From Lama guanicoe (Eukaryota), in contig MU053472.1 in the NCBI GenBank assembly GCA_013239625.1, positions 1,505,236-1,569,235 on the forward strand: DNA of 64,000 nt, written 5' to 3'. Positions 28,461-43,383 of the stretch are shown here, one piece after another; position 1 is the stretch's first letter, and the number at the start of each line of letters is the position of its first letter. The notes beneath the pieces are model-generated. The model saw only the letters and a program-made list of their open reading frames with translations. It was not told the origin of the DNA and did no database searches. The translations under genes were made by a program, and so were the position numbers.

Positions 28461-28479
28461 TGTAGTTCCCATTTCTTTA

Positions 28480-29640
28480 TGATTGTTTATTCATTCACCA
28501 AATATTTATTAAATGCCTACTGTGTGCCAGGTATTGCTCTAGGTTCTGAGGATTCTGCAGTGAACAAAACAGTTGAAAATTCCTGGACCCATGAAACTTA
28601 CTTTCTAGCAAAGAGAAACAGATGATAAACTAAAATAAATAAGTAAAATATATATTGTGGTATATATATAAAAAAAAAACTACCGTGAAAAAAAAAGTGG
28701 GGAACGCTGTAGGGGTGGGAGTATAATTTTAAATGTGATGGTCAGAGGAGGTCTGAGAAGATGACATTTAAGTGAAGAGGCATCAAGGCCTGTGGGTGTC
28801 AGGGGCAGGAGAATTTAGAAGAAACAACAAATACAAGTGTCCTTATGATTTTTTTTTAACTGAGCAGCTTGAAATGTGGAGTTGCCATTAATTGATACAG
28901 GAAGGACTGGAGCATATGTTGTAGGGAGAAGTCAGGGGTTCAACTTTGGAAAAGTTACCTTCCAGGTACTTATCAGACTTCAAAGTGGTGATGTCCATTT
29001 ATTTGCCTTCTGGTTATGTGAATTGACTAGGTGAGGGCTAGGCTAGAGAGATCATTTTGGGAGCCAGTGACATAGAGATGATGTTCAAAGGCTTGTGGCT
29101 GAATCAAGGGACTGAGTGTAGGTAGAAAATTGGAAAGGTCCAGTGACGGAGCACTGAGATACTCTGTTAAGAGGTGGGATGTGAATGGAAGAACAAGGTA
29201 AGACAGGGCTGAGAAAGTGCCACAAGTAAGATACCAGAAAATTTAGGAGAGTGTCCCAAAAGCTAAGTGAGGGAGGTGTTTCAAGAAGTTGTTTTGTTAA
29301 ATGCCAATTATACCTCAATTTTAAAAAAACAGTATTTCAAATACTGTTGATAGGTAAAGGCTGAGAAGTGACCTTTGGGTTTAACAATGTGAAAGTCATC
29401 GATGACCTTGACAAAGTAGCTTTTGGTGGAATAGTGAGACTGCAGTCATGATTGGAGTTGGTTCAAGGAAGAGCGAGAGGAAGAAGTTTTGATATAGCAA
29501 GTTTAGACATTCTTCCTAGGAGTTTGGGAAGGAGAGACATGGGGCTTTAGCTAGAATAGAAATACAGGGTCAAGAGAGGGTTTACTACTATTGTTGTAGA
29601 AAGGGAAGTACTAATAGCAGTTGATGGGAAAGAGCCACCA
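28480..29640 (+). mobile_element. L2 relic
   Basis: TTATTCATTCACCAAATATTTATTAAATGCCTACTGTGTGCCAGGTATTGCTCTAGG is the canonical L2 terminus. Strand is given by text orientation only. Confidence 0.7.
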
Positions 29641-32600
29641 GAACAGTGAAAACTTCATGTAGGAGATAAAATATAATGGCTCTTGCAACATGCAACAACA
29701 ATTACATTATTGTAACATGATTTTGTAAACAAAAATATGGGAAATGAGGCTATCTTTTGGTATAAAAAGATATGTCAGAGAGATGAAATTATTTCAGTAA
29801 TGAAAAAATTGCTTCTGTTTTTTTCTCTTTATTTTATCTTTCACATAGAAAATAATCTTTTAAGCTTTATTAAGATATAATTGACATACATCACTGTATA
29901 AGTTTAAAGTTTACAGCATTAAGAAAAATCCTGTAGATTTGGACATTTAAGCTGAAAGAAATTATTTGTTATATTACTTTTCCAGTCTAAGGACTAAGGT
30001 CTGGCACTTGTGAAAAAAATTGTAAGAAGTGTTTGAGTTCTAGCTTTCTTTTTTTTAACTTGTTATATGGTAATTCTTGTTGGCCCATTGTAAATTATAG
30101 TATTTAGCACCCTTCTTATGGTTTATAGCCATTCTTTCCAAGTTTTTTGGGAGAGAAGTTTGCCTATCAAAATTGGTATTATTTGGGCACTGATGATCAA
30201 AATTACTTGAGTGCAAATGTAGCAAAGGTGCCTCCTAGTGGCTGCCTGATGAAATTGCATGTGAGTCTTGCAAATCATTTATTCATTGAACAGATATTTG
30301 AGTGCAGTGTGTGCCAGGCACGTTGTCTCTGCCCTCATGGAAGCTTACAGTTTAGAAAAGGGAAAGGGCATTCATCAGATGATCACAAAAAGAACTGAAA
30401 AATTACAACTCCTAAGCCCTTGTATATCTGTTAATGAGAACTTAAAACAGGGAGAGGCCAGAGAAGTGATGTTTGAGCTGAGATCTGAAGAGCTGCTAAA
30501 AGTTAATAGAGCAAGAAAATGTGTTATAGGCGTAGGGTCTGCGTTTGTGAACAGCTCTGCAATAGGGAGAGGCATGGTGAATATAAGGGACTCTGATGAG
30601 GGCCAGAGTGGAACAGAGATAGGGGAGTAAGAGGCATAAGAATAAAAAAAAGAAAATACTGCAAATTTATACCTGTGGTTAAGAGTTGTGTCTTTATCTT
30701 AAGAACAAGAATCAACTGTTGTGGAGCTGGAGTGGGAAACATACAACTAGATTTGTGTGTGTATGTTTTAAGTATGGCAAAATACATATAACAGAATTTA
30801 CTGTCTTAGTCATTTTAAGTGTACAGTTCAGTGGTATTAAGTACATTTACATTATTGTGCAACCATCACCACCAGCCATCTTAAACTTTGTGTTTTAAAA
30901 AAGATGATTTTGGTTGCAGTTTTGAATATGGACTTGGTGAGGCAGAAGTTGCTGGGAAGCTCTCTATGGGAAGCCACCTATAGAGTGGGGGGTGTGCTGA
31001 CATTCACTAGAGATAAGGACCACTAGGTGTCCTGCACACTGTTGGCTGCAGTGTGTACCAGGAGCAAGCAGAGGACACACTGAAACCAGAAGAAAGGCCT
31101 CTTTCTCCTCTGGTGTCCCTCCAGTGCCTCTAGTGAGGACAAAAGGGAAATGGCCATTGAGCAGGCAACCAAAAACATGTGCCACGGTGTCCAAGGCCCC
31201 TCCCTTCAGTATGTACAGGAATTACGTTCTGTGCTCCTATAATGGTGTACAAACACTAGATCAATAATAAAAATATTTAGTTCAATTCTGATTCTTACTC
31301 ATTTGATCTCAGATAAAGCCATGTAGATTCCCTGAACAGGCAAAATAAGGAACTGGCTATATCTTACGTTCCTAAATTTGACTGTGGGTATGAATCATCT
31401 GGTGAGTTAAAAATTCAGATTTTAGGGACTTTTACTGGCAAATTTAAAGCAACTTGAACATAAAATAATAACAGGAATAAGTTATAAAGTATTGAGGGAA
31501 ATTTGTGTGCTGAAAACTATAAAACACTGGTGAAAGAAATCAAAGATCTAAATGAATAAGTTCTTGGACTGGGAGACATAATATTATTAAGATGGCATTT
31601 TTCTCCAAACTGATTTGTAGATTCAGTGCAATCCCATTCAAAACCCAGAGTTTGAGAAATTTGAGTTAGGAGAAATGTGTCTTTCTTCTGGTAATGTATC
31701 AAAGTTTAGAGAAAAAAGGAAAAAAAACCAAGAGATTGGCAAGATATTGGGGATTAGTAACTTGGGAGTTAAAAGCTTCAGAGGATGATTTTTCCAAAAG
31801 AGTGTACATATATGCTTGTGTGTATATATCCACAGACGTCTCTTGAATATGTAAGGACAGTAGTTGTTTCCTAAGTGGAGAATCAGGAAGGACATGAATG
31901 GAAACGGAAATTTTTGTATCTTTGGGGTTTTTGTGCCATGCAAAACAAATAACACATAAAAAATGTTTTCAAATTTATAAAGATTTTAATGTTAAGTTTA
32001 TATATGAGAAATTGTGACCCTTCTTCAAGGTCATATAATCTACAGTAGCTTGAAATTTGGAATTTCTTTTTTTAATCTAGATTTTAAGTTTAAACATATT
32101 AGGGGATTTCACTTTATATAAATTTATGTTCTTACTTGGAGTGGCAATATTAATTACACATATTAGAGAAACATTGCTTTTGAAAGCTTTTAGCATGACA
32201 TATGAACTCTGTAATTGCTACTTTAATATTTATCTGAACTGTTTCCATGTTCATTTTTATAGTTCAATCAACCAGGGAGCTTTGTTTTACTGGTATAAAG
32301 AAGTGTGTCTTTGTGAGCTGACCTGGATTATAATTAACGTTTAGTGGTCGGTCATATGTGTTCTCTTTTGTTGCTCTGAAGGATGAATTGCCCCTTTCAA
32401 GAGGCGGCTTTAGCAGTGAATTTTGCTATTTTAGAGTGGAGTAATTGATTTGAGTTACTCTTTTCTTGGACCCTGAGCTTATTTGAATTGGCCGATATTT
32501 CTGATGGGAGGTATGGGGAAGTTTAAATAAGGAAGGGAGAGGACAGAGTGCTTCCCCTGGTTTAGCAAAAGTCGGACCTGCTGAAAGACGGCAAAAACAG

Positions 32601-33269
32601 TTTACCCTCTTGTCTGAAAACCTTTTGCACTTAATTTAGGTCTTCCCCTGAAGTGTTTCACAACAAACAAAAGAGGCAGAAATTAATGTTTTTTTTCTGT
32701 TTCCTCCTTCCTGTTTTGAGGCATGAAGAGTTTACATTGCCCTACTTACTTTGTCTTATGTATCACAAAAGAGTAGATTGTTTCTGTAATTTTTTTTTCT
32801 GTTTCAGTTTTACTGATCTTTTTAATGGCCCAAGTCAACCAAAACTTCTTTTCTGTTGAACATTTTGAGGTTTACTTCTAATAGATCTAAGAGGCAGAAG
32901 TTTTAGGTATTGTTTTAGGTGCAACTAATCAAGAAGAAGGCTGACGATGTAAGGACCCTGTTTTACTGGCTCACCCAAATGGTGAACCGTTGATCTTCAA
33001 AGGCTAGTCGTATGGTAGGGTTAAGAGTATAAAAACACTCATCTTTCTGTTTTGTTTTGTTTTGTTTTAAAATTGAACTATAGTTGGTTTACAATGCTGT
33101 GTTAATTTCTGGTGAAAATGCTCATCTTTATCTCTGGAATTTTCTTCCTGGTGACTGGCACTCATTCCTTAAGTTTTGATGTAGTTATTTTCTTGACCCC
33201 TGGGAGGTTAACAGGAGGTTTTCAGATGGCCACAAGGACTCTTATTTGTAGAGCCAGTTCTCCCCACCT

Positions 33270-34327
<1,058 letters not shown>

Positions 34328-34519
34328 TAAGGATGTTCACCTTGAGTAGATTTTTGCATTTGCCCTTGCTCTAGAAGAAAGTAAAATGTAGACTCCTGCA
34401 GCTCATTAGAGGAATGAGACAGGAAATAGATAAATGAAACTAGGTAACAAAACACATAACCACTGACTTCATTATGAACAACCCTTGACTTCCTGGTCTG
34501 TGGAACCCTCTCCCATCCT

Positions 34520-35062
34520 TTTTTTTTTTAAATTGAGATGTAATTCATGTACCGTAAGAATTTACCCCTTTTAAAATGTTCACTTCAGTGGTTTTAGGAT
34601 ATTCTCAAATTTGTATCACTGTCACCACTAATTCCAGGACATTTCATCATTGCCCCCCAGCAGGCCCTAACCATTAGCAGTCATTTACTATGACCACTGT
34701 TTCCCTGGCAACCACTAGTTTTTTTCCTCTATGTATTTGCCTGTTTGGGATATTTCACATAAATGAGATCATAGCGATACGTGGCCTTTTGTGTCTGACT
34801 TCTTTAACAAGTTTTAAAAGTTCATTCATGTTGCTTGTATTGGTACTTTATTTCTTTTTATGGTTGAATAATTTTCCTTTGATGGATGTATAACATTTTA
34901 TTTATTCATGCATTCATCAGCTGATGGATATTTGAGTTGTTTCCATCTTTTGGCTGTTTTGAATGACATTGCTCTTAACATTCATGTACAAGTTTTTGTG
35001 TGGACGTGTTTTCTGATCTCTCAGTATCTACAAGTGGAATTGCTGGGTCATGTGGCAACTGT
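34520..35062 (-). mobile_element. L1MB-like 3' end
   Basis: Poly-T followed by AATTGAGATGTAATTCATGTACC...GGAATTGCTGGGTCATGTGG. Confidence 0.75.
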
Positions 35063-36392
35063 CACCTGTATTTAGTCCATTGTAAATCTAGAAACAACCA
35101 TCAGTGATAAAATCCTTTTCTTTTTTTCCCTGGCTTTCTTGAAAATTGATTTGCTCTTATTCTGAGCGATGACAAAGTAAGGAGATTTGGAAAAGTACAG
35201 TTTTGTTGAAGGCAAGAAAAGAGAAGGTTTTGGAGTAGTAGTCAGCAATGTCGAATTCTACAAAGAAGCAGAGGCGGGTGGATGAAAACAGGGTGTTGCG
35301 CTTTACAGTCAGGATCTTTTAGTGACCGTTAAGGATGAAGAGTTTCAGTTGAAGTGATGAGGGCATGAGCCAGCAGATTGGAAGTGATGATGAAAGAGTA
35401 CTTTGTAAGCCTAGGAAATAGATTTAGTGAGTGTTCAGGGAGACAAGAGAATGTGCCATTGTTAGCTTTAAAAGTAGTGAGGGTCTTGTACTGTCATACA
35501 TTATGTATTACATAGTATACCTTATAGTATATTATAGTACATTGATATTTTGGACTTACAATACATAAATATATTTTATCACATTACGTAAAGTAACATT
35601 AATTAAATGTTTATCACTTATAGTTCATGACACTTTTCTTTTTCAAACATTTCCACTCAGTTTTCATCATTCAATAATTTCTAGAGATACTTTTTAAGAC
35701 ATGTAGCTCTGTTTTCTGGAGCACATCATTTTCACTTGTTTCTTTAAAACTTAGCAATTATGGAATCCATGTAGGATGCTGTAAGTTTTATAACAGGCCA
35801 CATTAATTTGCATAAGATCCTTTTTTTAAATTTTTGTTTCTCTTTCTGTTGGTATGTATTTGATCTGTACACTATAACCACTTACTGTATTTCTTTTTTT
35901 CTTCATGTGAGTAATATTAACCATTTATATGGATAACAGCTGTTTGTATTTCCTTGTCTGAATTTTGTTCATATCCTTTGACAATTTTTATTTTGGGATG
36001 GTCTTTGAATTGCAGAATCTCTTACTTTAGAAGAAATTGACCTTTTGCAATGAAGTTTTTTTTGCCATGTGTGATTATTTCATAACTTGATGTTTAGCCT
36101 CTTTTATATAACTTCTATATAACTTTTCCTAAGTTACAGTGAAAACCAAGTGTCTTCCTACCAAAAAGATAAAAATACAGGTAAAATTTAGTCAGGATGA
36201 GGCTTTGTTTTATTATTTAAAAAAAATTAAAGTAATACTATTTCAACATAGTTAAGGGGGTTGTGTACGTTTGAAAGTTTGAAAATGTAATATTTATTTA
36301 GGCCATATTAAACACCTGATTTTTAATTCGATACAGATGTAGTGGCAACGAAGTCTGAGTTGTTATCTTCCTTCTTGTTCTTTTACATACAG

Positions 36393-36635
36393 GGCGAGCA
36401 TGGACAGTCTTGTGCCAAAATGCTTGTGAATCGAGCGCTAGGCCGCTGGAGGCAGCGTATGCTTCGAGCGGATAATACCAGTGCCATAGTCATCTGCATC
36501 TCTCCAGGAGTGGACGGTCAGGAGAATTTCACCAGTGAAGACGAGCTCTATCTGAACCTGACTGATAGTCCCTCCTACAGTAGTCAGGAAGCCTGCGTGC
36601 TGACGCCTTCCCCATGTTCTACACCACCAGTCACG
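36393..36635 (+). CDS. PPM1D: PPM1D coding exon 5
   Basis: atacag|GGCGAG ... GTCACG|gtacag, 243 nt. Encodes [37 protein letters not shown]...STPPVT, containing the PP2C DN motif. Confidence 0.97.
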
Positions 36636-36726
36636 GTACAGAGTTCTATCGTATTTAAGTTATAATAGACAGAATTTCTTGGGTTGGTGCTGCCTGAAAA
36701 CAGTTTTCAGATTCTTTGCATAATAG

Positions 36727-36762
36727 AATTTTGGACTTGAGCCGCTACGTTCAGGGAAGTGA
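36727..36762 (+). CDS. PPM1D: Putative alternative stop-containing exon (orthologue of the PPM1D430 'exon 5-prime'), coding part
   Basis: taatag|AATTTTGGACTTGAGCCGCTACGTTCAGGGAAGTGA = NFGLEPLRSGK*, in phase 0 after exon 5. It resembles the human PPM1D430 tail as I recall it (DFGFELDSRK*). Confidence 0.55.
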   Translation, partial: NFGLEPLRSGK

Positions 36763-39700
36763 TAGATCTTTGTCATGTAACTTATTATCAGTGAATCATG
36801 AACACCTCGGTGCTAAACTGAATGCTGGCTGTAGAGCACCTAACAGAAAAGTGATTAGATGTGGCCCCTGAAGAATATTAGCAATATTAATATTTGGAAC
36901 TTACTGATCCCCTTCGAATATGATGAACATTTGTAAGCATGTAGAACTTTGTGATGCACTTTCATATGTGATATTTCATTTGAACGTCATAACCCTGAAA
37001 GCTAAATAGTGCGGATGTTATTCCATTTTATAGATGAAAAGACTGAGAGAAGATTGAACTGGGCCTTAGGATCTCAGATGTTACAGCTGGTTGTCTATTA
37101 ACATGGATAAGAAACATCATTCCTATTTCTTATCCCTGTTATTACTGAATGAATTTTAAGATATGTTGTGAAATAAACAAATTTAAATGATGCCATATTT
37201 ACCCTTTTCCGACTTCATCCCAATTTTTTTCTACTAATAATTAGTAATATTGATAACTGCTTTGATATTCCTGGCCTTCTGAAAATGGGCTTTAAGACCA
37301 TTAAAATGGGAAATACAGTGGAATTTTATGTCATGTATTCAGGCAGCTTTTTAAGATGTTTAAAGCTATGCACTACAAAGAATTTAATTAATTTTGGGGT
37401 TTGTGTTCCTATACTTACTACTTGGAATTTTACTATCACTGCTTCACTTTTTTTTTACTTCACACGTATATGGCAACTTAAGTTTCCTTACATGGACTCT
37501 TCATTTAGAAATTGACAAATATTTTATGCTTATTTTCTTAAATTCTTGTCTGAGATTTTTCTTTGAAAACCCTTGAAGAATAACGGAGATCAAAATCTTT
37601 TAAAGTCCCTCGTTCTCCTTTGAGAGTTATAAAGGAGCGCATGCTCATTTGAGAATTTGCCTGTTTTTGTATTTGTATTTATTCATGACTTTCATGTTCA
37701 CTAATGTATTTGTATTTGGAGAACTGACTTCAGGCAGAATAGAAAAGGAGGCGTTAAGGTGAAGGTAAGGACGAGAGGACAGATGATGTTTGTGATAGAA
37801 AAGGATATTCTCAATATTGATCTCAAAAATTATTGCGGTTTGCAGATTGGCATTGGTAAAATTGTACCAAAATTACACGTAGAAATAATTTTTGAAACAT
37901 TTTAAAATTCTGAGAAATAATGCTCTAATAATTATACTAAGATAAAGATAAGGAGATTTATGTATGTACTAATAACTTATATGTAGGCATAGTTATTTGT
38001 TGACCATTTAGCCCCACCCAAATGTGAAAAAATATTTAGAGCCATTCAGAATAAGTAGTATTGTTGGCTCTGACCTAACAAGTAAATAAAGGAAAATTTC
38101 TGTTCAAGAAGTTGTGTTTTGTTTTGTTAATTAACTTAACCAGATATACAAGTGTCTCTGAGTTATTTCATTGTTATAATAATCCCATGTTAAGTAACAT
38201 CTAGATAAATATAATGACGTTTCGGTTGATTTTGAATGTCTTTTAAGACTTAACCCACATTTAGACTAGGCACTCGAGACTAGGTTTGTCTGTCTATAGA
38301 CATGTCAACTTCTGTTTGAATCCTAAGCTAGAGCCATAGTCAGATCTTTGTTTGGGGACAGATAAAGTGGAAATACTTCCGTTTAAGTATTACTATGGCA
38401 CACATTTCTTTCTCCATCCTTTCTTTAGGGCAAAACTAAATTTAGCTCTTTTTTTTTTTATTTTAAATAAGGCAAGAGCTAAAGGAAGGAGGAATGAGGA
38501 AGAGAGTTCTTTCAGATCAACAGTTTCAGCTGTGTTCTAGACACAATTTGTAATGAGTTGTTTGCTCCTGGATTGTAAGATAGATGGAGCTCTCGAGGAA
38601 GTCGATCTCTGAGGTAGTAAAACTCTTAAAGTATGCATTTTTAGGAGGTAATATCTCTATATCACAAGTGTTCTATGAACTCATAAGAAAGTTTAACAAT
38701 ACAAATAGTAATTAATCTGGGATGAATCTGAGATGTCTAAGTAGTTGTCTGTGTTAACAGATGCAATGTATTTCCACAAAATGCCAGTAAAAAGAGAAGG
38801 AAAAGGAAAAGTTCAAAGTGGGGGGGGGAAAGTTAGCGCAGTAGTGTCAGAATAATAGTCTGTGAATTTAAAAAGACAGCAGAACAGAAATTACAATAAA
38901 TTGTGTTAACTCTGAAATCGTCCCATTGTTTTTTTTGGGAAGGGAATTCCAGCTAATGTCTAACCTTGTTACATGAACTAGAGCAGTGTGTTCTATTCCT
39001 ATAAGTGGCTTGATTAGTACCTTTTTTCTTGTGACTAGTTAGTGATGTGCTTATTTAATAGGAAGCCTTCTGCCTGCAGAATTTATCTGCTGCCTGGTCT
39101 TGTTGCAGATCTTTTTACTAGATTAAAGCAAGGTTAACTTTCAGTCAGCGATTACTTATGACTAGATGGAGTTTTCTGTGATGGGTCAGAACATGCTTGT
39201 GACCAGGGCAGTAGGCACTGGGATCAACCTAATGCAGAGGGGATAAATTCACAGACAAATTGCTGCTGAAATTGAAAAGCCATAGGTAGATATTCTAGAA
39301 CAGTGGCTGTCCTGTTATCCTTTCTCAGCACTGGTACTTTGAAACAAGGTTGCTACCCAGCAACTAGTCAGTGTGTTAAAACAGATAGGAAGAGTTGGGC
39401 TTTCAATAAACCATGCAGTGTAAAACAGACAGACAAACCAGTGACCCCAGAAAGAAAGAGTATATTCTTAGTTAAAAAAAAAACCCTAGGGTTTCTCATT
39501 TTCAGTCTCCATTGGACCTAAAGGCAGTTTATTTTTTTCATTAAAGCATGTTTCAACTTACGGTTGGATTGAAATGCTTTTAGGTTGCTTCAATTTCCCT
39601 TTTTCTTTTTAATTCTAGAAATATTAAAGGAAACTTTTTTTTTATGAATATACTTTTTTGTATAAGTGCTTTTTTGAAAGGCATTTATTCCTGGGGGATT

Positions 39701-40282
39701 TTATGTCAGAGGGAGGCCAGATAATATATCTTTGTTTATCATTTACAAAAGGGTTGACTTGGGCTTTTCAGAATATATTACATATTTTAATAAGTTTGAT
39801 TTGATTGAGAGAGGGAATGATTGAGGGAAATGTTACACACTTGGTGAAGAGATAGTGTTTATGCTTAAACTCTGTCCTTGAGAAAGTATTTAAAAAATGA
39901 TTTTATAAAGTATTATAGTGGAAGAGTTGGATTTGGTAGGAAGAATGTTCTTACCTGTCTGGAAATGAAAGGATACTCTGAATATATTTAGATCTAGAAC
40001 ACTGCATCTAAATGTGTGGTGTATATCCTAACCACCCGGGAAACTTTTAAAAAACAATACCTGGAAGTTTCTATATGATTTTCATTATTATGTCTTTGAA
40101 AGTTGCCCCAGCCGTACTCAGTGGGTTCCCATATGTCCTACTTTTCTCAAATCACAGAACAGTGTTTAGTGTTTGGGAGATGGGTGCAAAGCAGCAATAT
40201 GAGTTTCTGTTTTGATATAGTTGCTTTAATATTGCACTTCACATTTCCTACACTCCTAAATATTCAGAAATTAGAATATAGA

Positions 40283-40409
40283 GGGGGTAGGGTATAGCTC
40301 AGTGGTAGAGCACAACTTAGCATGCACGAGGTCATGGGTTCAACCCCAGTACCTCTGTTAAATAAAAAATAATAATAAATAAGTAAACCTAATTACCTCC
40401 CCCACCAAA
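40283..40409 (+). mobile_element. tRNA-Ala-derived SINE with a perfect 17-bp TSD
   Basis: TSD AGAAATTAGAATATAGA at 40266-40282 and 40410-40426; A box TAGCTCAGTGG, B box GGTTCAACCC. Confidence 0.95.
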
Positions 40410-40477
40410 AGAAATTAGAATATAGAAAGTAGGAAATAAGTCAGAAAAATAAACAAATTTGTCACTTATTCTAATGA

Positions 40478-41110
<633 letters not shown>

Positions 41111-41921
41111 AATATGTTTGGAAAAAAAATTTTTTTCCAAATACAAGAGGGCTTTTTGAATTTGGTGCCGAAGTTGAACTTTTTTTAAAGGGACAAAATA
41201 AAAATAGTATACAGTTTGACTTTTTGGAATTTACCAGTTTTATCCTGGCCTGTACTTGCTTGTATTATAAATGTGAATTCTGTAGATGTTAGGGTATAAG
41301 CTGCTGTAAAATGTGTGTAAATTTGTATCCTTCACACAGACTCAGACTCTCACTCTGATACACAGTAAATGTAACAACAGGGCTAAAGGTTTTTAAAAAA
41401 ATGAAAAGAATCTATTAGATTTTAGAAATACATTTAAACTTTTAAAAATGCTTCTTAAGAAATTTGTATAAGTCACTTGCGATGAAAACTACACAACTTT
41501 TTAAAGTAAATTATTAAGCGAACTGGAAAAGTGATGTATTTTCATAGTGACCTGTGTTCCACTTAATGTTTCTTAGAGACAACTAGTGTCTTTTGAAAAT
41601 TATTTTTTATTTCTAATTTCATAATCCAGAACTAAATTTTTCATAGAAGTGTTGAGCCATGCAAAAGTAGCCAGATGTTAGTCTTCTTGTCCTAATTAAA
41701 ATGCTATGCAGGATCTCTTACTTCATTCAGTAACATTTTTTCTAAAACATTAATCATCAGACTTGCTCACTAAATCTTTGGAGTGGAAGAAGGTGCATTT
41801 GCCTAAAATGACACCCTTCTCGGTCATCCCAGACCCTCGGTGGCATTAGTAGGTCCTAAGATAGTTACTCTCTTCTAGTGTTTGCATAAAGTATGTGACG
41901 TTTTTCTTGCTATTTCAATAA

Positions 41922-41936
41922 CAGATGGTGCTGCTA
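41922..41936 (+). promoter_or_regulatory. Overlapping miR-29 and miR-15/16 target sites
   Basis: CAGATGGTGCTGCTA contains TGGTGCT (miR-29 7mer-m8) and TGCTGCTA (miR-15/16 8mer). Confidence 0.7.
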
Positions 41937-42011
41937 ATTCCCCACATTTCTTAAATTATTTTATATATCGTACAGTTTTCATTGATTATATGGATACATG
42001 TTTGTTCATCT

Positions 42012-42017
42012 AATAAA
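42012..42017 (+). terminator. Polyadenylation signal of PPM1D
   Basis: AATAAA followed about 30 nt later by a GU/U-rich element (TTTTTGTTGTTGGTTTGTTT). Other AATAAA hexamers occur at 41197 and 42263. Confidence 0.7.
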
Positions 42018-43146
42018 TCAGTGAACTGTTACTAACGTTGCTGGATTTTTGTTGTTGGTTTGTTTCAATGCTATATATTAACTTTCTGTTTATTCCATGA
42101 TCATGCTTTAGAGTAACAACTTAAAATACATGTAATACTCTTTTTTTTTTCACTTTTGACTTTTTAATTTAGAGTACATTGAAATATCCAGCAATAAGAA
42201 TATGGTTGAGTCAGTTATGGCTTAGAAGAATTTGATGAAATAGTATGTAGTGATTAAAAATGAATAAAACTATGTTCTTTGCTAATGTAGAAAAAACTCA
42301 AAGGGACTAATACCAAAATACAAAATACTAAATGTGTCATTTTGGTGTGCTGAACTGTTCTACAAAGAACCTTTTATAGTTTATTAATTTAGGACAGATG
42401 CTAAAGGAGACATTGAAGAGTTAATTCATGCATTCAACGCTGATCATGCACCCACAGCATGCTAGGAACTGCCTCTTGGAAGCACAGTGTTTTCCATAGG
42501 AGTATTAATTGGGAACCAGTGGTCCAGGTGAAATGTTAATTGTAGGTAATTTTTCAAAAGTAAAGAGTTTGTTTTTCAGATCTTTCCAAGATAACATAGC
42601 AAGTAGCATACACTTCTGAAGTCAATTTTTTGTGAAGGATTTTTCCATCTTTATTTTTCAAATTAGTTCTTTAATATAAAATGTCATACATAGCATTAAT
42701 TCTTTTCTGGATCACATTTTTGGTGTAATAGAGTTCAGTTACATACCATACTAGGAGCTATCTAATACGGGAAACGTTCTTGGTTTGAAACATTTAACTG
42801 AAAATGCTAGTATTAGCTCTTCTTCTGTATGTGTTCCTAGGGCTGTGTTTAGGCCTATTTAAGGAGTTGACGATGCTATGCAATTCCAAATAATGTTTTA
42901 ATGTTTCTGCTATTTTTATTACATTTTATTTGCCTATAGTGTATAGATCAGTAGTATGATGCATGATGGAAAATTCATGATGTATAAAATGGCACCTCGG
43001 TCCCCACAGTAGCCCACAGTTCCCCCCTTTTTATGTGTGTGCTTTCAGTGACAATCTATGTATAGACATGCAACTATACATGTTTCTTAATTTTCTATCT
43101 TGAAGAATTTTCCATACCAGTACATTACAGAGCCTCCTCATTCTTT

Positions 43147-43313
43147 ATTTTTAAAATTTATTTCATTCTATTTTATATGCTTTGTTCTTTTATTTGGGGG
43201 GGGAGGTAATCAGGTTTACTTATTTTTTAATTTATTTAATGGAGGTACTGGGGATTGAACCCAGGACCTTGTGCATGTTAAGCACACGCTCTGCCACTGA
43301 GCTGTACCCTCCC
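43147..43313 (-). mobile_element. tRNA-Ala-derived SINE
   Basis: Full head and tail; TSD CCTCCTCATTC at 43133-43143 and 43314-43324. Confidence 0.92.
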
Positions 43314-43383
43314 CCTCCTCATTCATTGGAATTCTACTCTGGAAAGAAGTTATTTAACTATGCCGCTACTTAACCATGTCCAC

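Larger units (their letters stand above)
41111..42040 (+). other. PPM1D: PPM1D 3' UTR (to the most likely proximal poly(A) site)
   Basis: Repeat-free AU-rich sequence after the stop codon. The end is inferred from the poly(A) signal; longer UTR forms are possible. Confidence 0.7.

Noticed and set aside
39189..39198. Perfect p53 half-site GAACATGCTT
   Set aside because: An isolated half-site with no adjacent partner is expected by chance in 64 kb.
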